From an uncultured Verrucomicrobiae bacterium (lineage in GTDB: Bacteria > Verrucomicrobiota > Verrucomicrobiia > Chthoniobacterales > UBA10450): a stretch of DNA of 64,000 nt. Below, one piece after another: positions 56,315-64,000 of this stretch. The position numbers and the translations under genes were made by a program. Within the stretch, counting starts at the first letter, position 1. Each line of letters begins with the position of its first letter. Location of the stretch: assembly GCA_963726745.1 (NCBI GenBank), contig CAVSDR010000006.1, forward strand, positions 672,001 to 736,000, read 5' to 3'. The notes beneath the pieces are model-generated. The model searched no databases, had not been told where the DNA came from, and was given only the letters and a program-made list of their open reading frames with translations.

Positions 56315-59300
56315 CGCAGCCCCTGCGCGGAGACACGCTCGGTAGCCGTCGTCCCGAAGCGTTCCGGATGATACATCTCCTCGATCTTCGCCGCGGGCGC
56401 GAGCGCTTCGCCGGCGCAGACGACGCGCGCGAGGTAGCGCAGGGTGTAGCGACCCGGCCGGAGGACATCGGCAAAAAAGACTGCGCGATCCGTCGCGCAG
56501 CTCGGAGTAATCGCTGACCCACTCCGTGCCTAACGACTCGCCGGCGAGCGTCTCCTGCGACTTGAAGGCCGGGTTGATCGGCGCGAGCACGCTCGGCAGC
56601 GGATCCTCCAGTGCGAGGAAAGTCGCGCGCCGGCGCGCCTCCACCTCCAGGGTCACGAGAATGCGGTCGCCCACCCGCAGGTTTTCCGCCGGGCTCAATT
56701 TCCCGTCGGCGCCGATCTTCGCGTAACGTCTCGTTAGGCCATAGCCCTGGTCCTGGCGCGGCTGCTCCGCCAGCTTCGAACGCGCGGTGACCGTGGTTTC
56801 CGCATAAACTTTCCCGCCGTGACGCGTGATCATCAACGGTTGCGCAGAGCGCTGGCCTTCCAGCGGAAAGGTTAGGCTCACCCTGATCCTTTCCTGGTCG
56901 AGTTCGTAGGCGGCACTGGCGCCCGGCCAGCGCACTTCGCCGCTGGCTTCGCGCGGGCCGGTCTCGACCAGCCGCAGATAATTAGCCAGCGAGATCAGCG
57001 CCCAGGCATTGCTTTGCGTGGTCCCCCAGTGGCCGTTTTCCCGGCGGGTAAAAAGCTCGAGCGCGAGCTGGTCGACCCGCGGCGACTTTGGCGCGTGCCG
57101 CGTCCAGGCGAGCAACTGGAGCGCGTGCTCGCGCGTGACCGAACCGAACCATTGCTCGACGTAGCCTGCATCGGTCGCCGGGCCGCGGAGCAATTCCTCG
57201 ATCATCGACCGCGGGCCCTTCGCCTCGATCACCGCGAGCGCGACCAAGGCGCGATCTTCCGCGCTCAACTGCGCGCGCTTTTGAAAGAGCAAATCGTGAT
57301 ACGCCGGCTCCGCCTTGCCCGCGAGCGCGAGCGCATAGACCGCGAGGCAGCGATCCGACAAGCCGTAGCCGCTGCGCTCGCGCGCGGTCCCGCGGAGCTG
57401 CTCGCTCAGGTAGCGTTGCAACCGCGCGAACTCCGCCTCCGGCACCGCGAAGCCTTGCTGCTGCGCAAGGGTGAAGGCAATCGCTCCGTAGGCGCTGCCC
57501 CAAAGCATCGGCTCGCGGCCTCGCGGCCAATAGCTCAGGCCGCCGCTGCTGGTCTGCATCGAGAGCAGCAGACGCAGGCCGCCATTGACCGCCTCCGCGA
57601 TTTCGCCCTCCGGCCGGTTCGAGCTCCCGGAACATCCTCGCCCAGGTCGCGGACCGTGAGCCACGGGAGCAAACTCGAGGTCGTCTGCTCGACGCACCCG
57701 TAGGGATAATGGAGCAGCTGCCGCACGGCCTCGCCGAGATTGAGCACGCGCGTGCTCGCAAGATTCACCGTGACCTCGCCGTGGCCTTCGAGGATTTGGC
57801 CATTGGTGATCCGAAGCAGCTCAGCCGACTCTTTTTCCACGCGCTGCGTCTCGACCTGGCGGATGAGCGGCGCAGGATCACCCACCTGCACGATCGCTTC
57901 CACCGCGTCCAGGTTGTCGGCTAATTTCACCGCCCACTTCCAGTGCGCCTCGCCCGGTGCCCACGATCTCCACCGGGAAATCCACCGCGACCGAGCCACC
58001 CGCGGGCAGGTCGAGCTCGCGCCGCGTTTCGCCGGTGGCGCGCGCGGTTTCGTCGAGAAAGAGCTGCACCTCGGCCTTCCCGCCGACAGCAGTGGTGTTG
58101 TGCGCAACCGCGCGGAGCGTGAGCCGGTCGCCTTTATTAGCGAAGGCCGGCAGCGCGCTCTCGATCATGACCGGCTTGTTGATCTCGAAGGCCGACTGCG
58201 CGCTGCCAAACGCCCCCGCGCGCGTGACCGCCACCGCGACCAGCCGATATCTCGTTAGGCTATCGGGCGCGGCGAACTCTGCCCGCACCTTGCCCTGCGC
58301 ATCGGTGCGCAGGGTGGCGTTCCAAAACGGGCAGGCGACGAAGTTTTTCCGGAGGCCATTCAGCAAGGCCGGGCCGCCCTTGCCGTCGCCCACGAGGTAG
58401 CCCTTGTTCGCGAAATCTGCTTCCGCCATGTCCTCGCGCAGGAGCGTTGGCAGCGTCAAATTCGTGCTCACGCCGAGGCCGCGCGGCTGATTGAAAAACG
58501 CCAGCGGGTCGGGTGTTTCGTAGCCGGTCAGGCTGAGCACGCCTTCATCCACCGCATAGAGCGTGACCTCCGCATCGGCCGCGATTTGCCCGCGCCAATC
58601 GCGCACTTCCGCCTCCACTTGCACCGGGTCGTTAGGCCGTGCGCTCGGCGCACGCGGCTTGCACCGTGACCGTAAGTTGGTCGTCCGGCCGCGCGACCTT
58701 CAAGCTGGCGTAGCCGATGCGATACTCCGGCACTTTCATTTTGCGCGGGCTCTCCTCGGCTCCGCGCAGGAGCAGCACCGAGACGAAGACATTCGGAGCG
58801 TCGGTCGCGAGGATCGGCACCTGCACGGAAGGAGCGTTGCCCGTGAGGCGAACAACGAAAGAGCGCAGCACCTGGTCGCGTTCCACGGTCACCAGCGCAT
58901 CGCCGGCGATCGGAGTTTTAACCAGCAAGTTGGCGGTTTCGCCCGGCGCGTAGGTGTCCTTGTCGGAGACTAAATCGATCACGTAGGGGTTGCGATAATT
59001 CCAGTCGGTCTCCGCTTCACCCGAGACCTCGAAGACGAGCGAGGTCAACACCGGCCGGCCGCCGGCATCCTGCGCGCTCACCTCGAGGAGATACTCGCCC
59101 GGCGGACCCGCGAGCGCGTCGGCCAGCGCCGCGGTCTTCGGCTTGCGGTCCTCGCCCCGGCCGGGCGCGGTCAGGAGCTCGTGCTCCCAAAGTTTCTCGA
59201 GCTGCGGGGTGCTTTCGAATTCGCTCGTGTCGCCGGCGGTTGCGAGCCGGTTGGTCTGCCAGCGAATGCGCGAGACGCGCACGTTCGCCTTCGCCGGCTG

Positions 59301-61996
59301 GTCGAGGGTCTGGCCATCCGGGCGGAGCGCGATCACCTCGAGCGGAAGCGGCGCGCCTTCCGTGAGCACGGCGTCGAAGCGCCGCACGCCGAGGTAAAAC
59401 TCCGAGGCGTGCTGGGTAAATTGGCGCGCCTCCGAAACCGTCTGCTGATTCTGGTCGGTCACTTCCACGAACAGCCTGGCCGCGCGCGGCTGCGGCGCTT
59501 TCGCATTCACCGGCAGCGGCGTCTGCACGAGCGCGACGCCGTGGGCATCGATCGCCACTTCACCCTGCGCATTGAATTGCGCGAGCTTGTCGAGCGCGCG
59601 GTTGAAGCGGTAATCGGCGATCGCGTTGCCGAAGGCAAAGTCGCCCAGGCCTTCCGGCGCGAAAGTCTCGTCGCGCGCGACCAGCGACCAGCTCAGCCGG
59701 GCCTGCGAGAGCGGCTGGCCCATGTAGTACTTCGAGGTCACGGGGAGCGCGAGCGCAGTGCTGCCTAACGAGTCGGGCGGCTTCGGGATCACGACCTCGA
59801 AGGCGTTCGGCTTGTATTCCTGCACCTGGAAAGAACAGGAGCCGCCGAGCCGCGTTTCCTTTTCGCCCACGGCCGCGACCTGAAATTTCCCGAGCGTGCC
59901 CGCAGGCACGGTGAACTCGAGCTCGAAGGAGCCGAAGTCCGAGAGCGTGACCGTGCTCGAGTGAATCTGCCGGTCCTTCGCGTCGTTGATCGTGACCGTG
60001 ACCGGCTTCCCCGCGGGGATGCGCTGCTGACCGCTACGGAGGTCCTGCGCGTAGCCCTTGAGGTGCAATTTGTCGCCTGGCTTGTAGACCCCGCGTTCGG
60101 TGAAAAGAAAAATCGTCTGGAGGAAGCGGCCTTCCTCGAAGTCGTTGATCCCTTGGTCGTAAACGCCCAGCCGGTAGAGCGGAATTTCGCCGGAGTAGAC
60201 TGGGATCACGTGCGTGTCGTCGCCGGCGGAAACGGAAAACCAACGAGGCTTTTCCGTCGGCGGCAGGTGCGCCTGGCCCTGCGCGTCGCTCGTGCTTTGC
60301 GCCACCGGAGCGGCCTCGGCATCGAGCAAGGCGACCGTCGCCTTCGCCAGCGCCTGTCCTGTCGCGAGCGAGAAAAGATGGAGCGTGTAGCCGCCGCGAT
60401 CGCGCTTCCAGGCCGCGCCGATGTCGGTCAATTGCATCAGCGTCTGCGTGCCCACGCGCTTGCCGGTGGCGGTCACCGGGTCGACCGATTCCGCGGTGAA
60501 GAGAATCGTCCCGGTGCGGCCCGCGCCGATTTCGTCCCACTTCAATTCCACCACCTGCTGGGTATCGACCGCGCCGCCGGGCGTGAACTCCTGTTGCCAG
60601 ATCAGCTCTCCCGGCAAAGCCTCCGCGTCGACCCGCGAGTAATACTCGTCCGACGCGTCTTCCGGCGGCTTGTTGTAGTCGTCGAAAGCCTTAAGCGCCG
60701 CGGCGATCTGCGGACCGCGGAAGAGCCGCGCAGTCACGCGCACCCGCGGGACATTCACCGAGACCAGGCGGAGCAAACGCGAACCGCCGGCACGCTGGTG
60801 GCCATCGAACTCGGGAAAATAAAGGCGCGCCTCGTAGGGCTGGAAGCTGAACTCGCGGGTGAAAGCGCTGGCTAATTCTGCCGGCTCGGCCGCAGGCATC
60901 CCGGCAGCGACGGTTACGCGATAGGTCGCGCCGAGGGCGAAATCGCCGCTCGCAGTCACGCTGCTGTCGTCGCGCGTCAGCTTGAGCTTCGGCACCGTCG
61001 GCTCGACCTGGACCCAGCGCGCGAGATTCTCGCGCGTGACGTCGTCCGCCAGCGTCTTGGTGAAATCAATCCGCAAGCGCCGGCCGGCGACGCGGTTTCC
61101 TTCCGCGGCCACGGCGCTGATCGCGAATGGCTGCACCTCCCCCACTTCGATGCGTTTCGGCGCGGGCAATTTTGCCGGCCACTCGGCCGCGGGCAGGCCG
61201 GCGTCGATCACTAGATGCCATGCTTTCCCCGGCGGGAGCGGTTTCGCTGGGCGCACCAGGAGAAGATTGCCGCGCGGCGGCGCTGGCTTCTCGGCGTCGG
61301 GCACCAGCGGCTCGCCGTTTTCGTCGAAGTCGTTGGCCGCTTCCTCGGGCTGCAGCTCTGCGGTCCAGGAGCCTAACGAGTTATCGTCGCTCTCCGAGCG
61401 CGCGAAGAGGCGCGTGCTTTTCGCGTCTGCGGCCTGCTCGACCTGCGCCTCGACCCGCTGGTGCGCCGCGTCCTCGAAATGGAAGAAGCCCGCCGCCGCG
61501 CCCGCCTGCACCCCGGCGTTAAACAGGACGGCGAGGCGCGGACGCATCGACGCGTTCGCCGGGTCGAAGCCGCCCAAGTGGGTCACTCCCTTGACCCGGA
61601 GCGGCGGCGTCTCCGCGCTTTCGCGAAACTTCGCGCCCACCTCGCGGCCGGCGAGGTCGCGGAGATTTTTTGCCAGCGAGATCTGGAATTTCGTCCCCAG
61701 CGGAAGGACGCCGGCGGGGGCGAAGGAACCGCTGCGCGTGCTCAGCCAGGTGAAGTCGCCGGCGACCGGCGGTTCGAAAAGCGAGCGGCGACGGGGCGGC
61801 CGATTTTGCCGACCTCCTCCGGGCGCACCATCTCGCTGCCAAAACGGACCTCGAAAGTGCTGCGGGGCTCGAGCGTGCGCGAGGGCAGGAGGAGTTGCGC
61901 CGAGGGCGCCTGGGCCAGCAATCCTTCGCCTAACGAGAGGAGAAGGCCGAGCGAGAGAAGAGAGAAAGAGCGCAAGCGGGAGCGATTAGGCGACAA
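56311..61996 (-). CDS. Bacterial alpha-2-macroglobulin, multiple frameshifts
   Basis: FTERGVYKPGD, YAVDEGVL.LT, PDSLTRY, thioester motif YPYGCVEQ, WGTTQSNA, EEMYHPE; directly upstream of pbpC. Confidence 0.88.
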
Positions 61997-62099
61997 ACCC
62001 GGAGGCGCGACAAACCTTTTCCGCCAACGCCGCCGCGCCGCTCAGCGCCCTACTTTGCGCTTGCGCGCGCGCCATCCTGCGGGACGATATCCGCCTGCC

Positions 62100-62183
62100 G
62101 CCGGCGTGGCGGAATTGGCAGACGCGCTAGACTCAAAATCTGGTACTCGCAAGAGTGTGTGGGTTCGAGCCCCTCCGCCGGTA
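62100..62183 (+). tRNA. tRNA-Leu(CAA)
   Basis: Acceptor GCCGGCG/CGCCGGT; anticodon arm CTAGA-CTCAAAA-TCTGG; long variable arm; GGTTCGAGCCC T-arm; CCA not encoded. Confidence 0.95.
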
Positions 62184-62227
62184 ATTCCCCTCCTCCGCCC
62201 ACTGCCGTGGCCGGGCGAAAGCGTCGC

Positions 62228-62803
62228 CTAATTCCCGGGCACGCCGCCCTGCATCCCGCGATCCTGCATATTCTGCACGCCCTCGCCGCTGATGCGGTGG
62301 AGATTCTGCGCTTCGGCGCTGCCTTCCTCGACCCAACGGCCGCCGATGTTGCTCCCGGTGCCGCCGCCGGCGACCCAGATGAAACGCTTGCCGTTCACGA
62401 TCTTCACTTTCGTATTGCTCGAGGCCGCGGCGACAGTCGCAACTTTCCCGGTGGAAACCTGGCCGGTGATGTTAAGGCCCTTGCCTACTTTCACTTTCAT
62501 GGCCACGCCCCCGGCGGCGAATTTCGAACCGGGCACCGCTTCCGCCATCACCTTCTGTTTCCCGGCGGAAACGACCACCGCGAGGTTGCCCTTGGGGGCG
62601 CCATTGCGGGCATTGAACTGCACCACGTATTCGCCTTGCTCGAGCGTCTTGGTGGCAAAGGTGCCGTCCGCGCCGGTGCGGCCTTTGAAGGCAACTTTGC
62701 CAGCAGGATCAGAGACGGTCACATCCAGCGCAGGCATGCCCGCAGCGGACGCCATCGCCGCAAAAGCCGTGGTGGCCAGGAGAGAAAGAAGAAGCTTTTT
62801 CAT
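62228..62803 (-). CDS. Secreted hypothetical protein (small beta-sandwich)
   Basis: MKKLLLSLLATTAFAA signal; G.TGADGTF....LEQGEYVV. Confidence 0.7.
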   Translation of the reverse strand: MKKLLLSLLATTAFAAMASAAGMPALDVTVSDPAGKVAFKGRTGADGTFATKTLEQGEYVVQFNARNGAPKGNLAVVVSAGKQKVMAEAVPGSKFAAGGVAMKVKVGKGLNITGQVSTGKVATVAAASSNTKVKIVNGKRFIWVAGGGTGSNIGGRWVEEGSAEAQNLHRISGEGVQNMQDRGMQGGVPGN

Positions 62804-62856
62804 GGTTCCGCAGGCTAGGCCCGGCCGCCCGCGCCAGCCAAGCCAAAACTTCCGCC

Positions 62857-63204
62857 TCACCGTTGCCCTACCTGGCTCCTGGCCGAACGGCTCGGCCGCT
62901 TCCGCGCCGCCACCCGCTCTGCTTTCTCGCGCTCGTTCTTCAAGATCTCCCGCAGGCCCTGGATGTTTGCGCGGAGATAAACCAGGTCCGCATGGAACAT
63001 GGACACTCCCCGCCGGAGCCGCGCGGTTTCGCGCGCATACTTCGGCGATTCCAGAATGCGCTCCAACGACCGCACATGCCGCAGCAGCGGCTCCAGGCGC
63101 AGCTTCCGCCAATTCGTTTCCGTGGCCGTAGCGGCAAACTCCACCCGCAACGCCTCCAGCGCGTGCCTGTATTTCGGGATGTCCTCCTGGTAAGCCTTAT
63201 CCAT
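62857..63204 (-). CDS. Hypothetical helical protein
   Basis: ATG 63204 preceded by GGAGG; plausible amino-acid composition. Confidence 0.55.
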   Translation of the reverse strand: MDKAYQEDIPKYRHALEALRVEFAATATETNWRKLRLEPLLRHVRSLERILESPKYARETARLRRGVSMFHADLVYLRANIQGLREILKNEREKAERVAARKRPSRSARSQVGQR

Positions 63205-63528
63205 GATTGCCTCGCGCCTCCGCGCCCGGGCGCAGCGCTCCGCCACCGAAAGCCAGTCCGCCAGCCACACCCCCCAGATTCCATCCCGCCCTCCCCAGCG
63301 GCATCGACGCCAGCCGCCGCCACCGCAAAAGATTCTTCATGGCGAGCACCATAACCAAGCCCGCCAGCTAAAGGCCAGACGCTCCTTCCCTGGCAACCAC
63401 GCCTTAACTACCGGGGAGGCCACACCGGGCCACCCCCAGCGCGAGGCCCTGGGACGGAGCTTTTCCCTCTCCCGTCCCCTTCTTCCTGCGCTTTACATTC
63501 CACCACCCGTTAGGCAAAATCCGCGCCC

Positions 63529-64000
63529 ATGAACGACCGCCAGGAAAACAAGCTCGGGATGTTTCGCGCCACCGCTCAAGTCCTCACCGACCACGCCAGC
63601 GCCTTTGCCGGCGTGCCCGCGATGGCGACGCAACATCAGAACCTCCGCGACAGCATCACCCTCATCGATTCCCTCGCCCAGGCGCAGGCCGCCGCCACCA
63701 CCGGCGTCACGGTCGATAAAAAGAATTTCCAGGAGCAGATGACCTCCTACGCCCTGCGCGTGGCCGGCGCGGTCAAGGCCTGCGCGAGCGTGGCCAACAA
63801 CCAAACCCTCGCGAAGAAAACCGAGCTGCACGAGAGCGATTTCTCCCGCGCGCGCGACGACGCTCGCGACGACCTCGCCCAGGGCGTGCACGACGACGCC
63901 CAAGGCGTCCTCGCCTCGTTAGCCGACTACGGCGTCACCGCCGCCACCCTCAGCCGCCTTGCAAACCCGGATCGACGCCTACCGCCTGGCCGTCTCGCAA
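63529..64000 (+). CDS. Hypothetical helical protein (3' truncated)
   Basis: Manual translation MNDRQENKLGMFRATAQVL..TGVTVDKK..LADYGVT; strong GC3 bias; runs to the window end. Confidence 0.65.
   Translation, partial: MNDRQENKLGMFRATAQVLTDHASAFAGVPAMATQHQNLRDSITLIDSLAQAQAAATTGVTVDKKNFQEQMTSYALRVAGAVKACASVANNQTLAKKTELHESDFSRARDDARDDLAQGVHDDAQGVLASLADYGVTAATLSRLANPDRRLPPGRLA

Noticed and set aside
54107..57697. Apparent alpha-2-macroglobulin/PBP1C fusion (1196-aa ORF)
   Set aside because: A frameshift near 56490 shunts A2M into the pbpC frame. The true A2M end (LRYLARVV..EEMYHPERFG) stops at 56311, overlapping the pbpC ATG; this is the usual two-gene arrangement.
63451..63478. GGGACGG..CCGTCCC hairpin as riboswitch or ncRNA
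   Set aside because: A single imperfect stem with no recognisable aptamer consensus.

Overview
GC-rich bacterial DNA (about 65% by eye). The gene content (PEP-CTERM proteins, a TIGR02597-like protein, dockerin-tipped secreted proteins, an ECF sigma/Ser-Thr kinase pair) points to Verrucomicrobiota, probably Chthoniobacterales; this is inference. Many genes carry single-base frameshifts, mostly +1, typical of an unpolished long-read assembly. Layout: envelope and housekeeping genes with tRNA-Leu(GAG) (1-13 kb); ECF sigma plus kinase divergent from a ~2750-aa repeat-rich exoprotein and a TIGR02597-dockerin protein (13-27 kb); a ~25-kb alpha-glucan (starch) utilisation locus with MalE/F/G, an MFS permease, four GH13 enzymes including a ~2860-aa GH13+GH57 fusion, a LacI regulator and two PEP-CTERM proteins (27-52 kb); then floA, alpha-2-macroglobulin/pbpC, tRNA-Leu(CAA) and hypotheticals. 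The most unexpected signal is a non-palindromic motif, GCCTAACGA(GT). Its core CCTAACGA occurs 27 times by manual count, on both strands and in several reading frames, like a DNA-uptake sequence, and it is nearly absent from the large exoprotein blocks.
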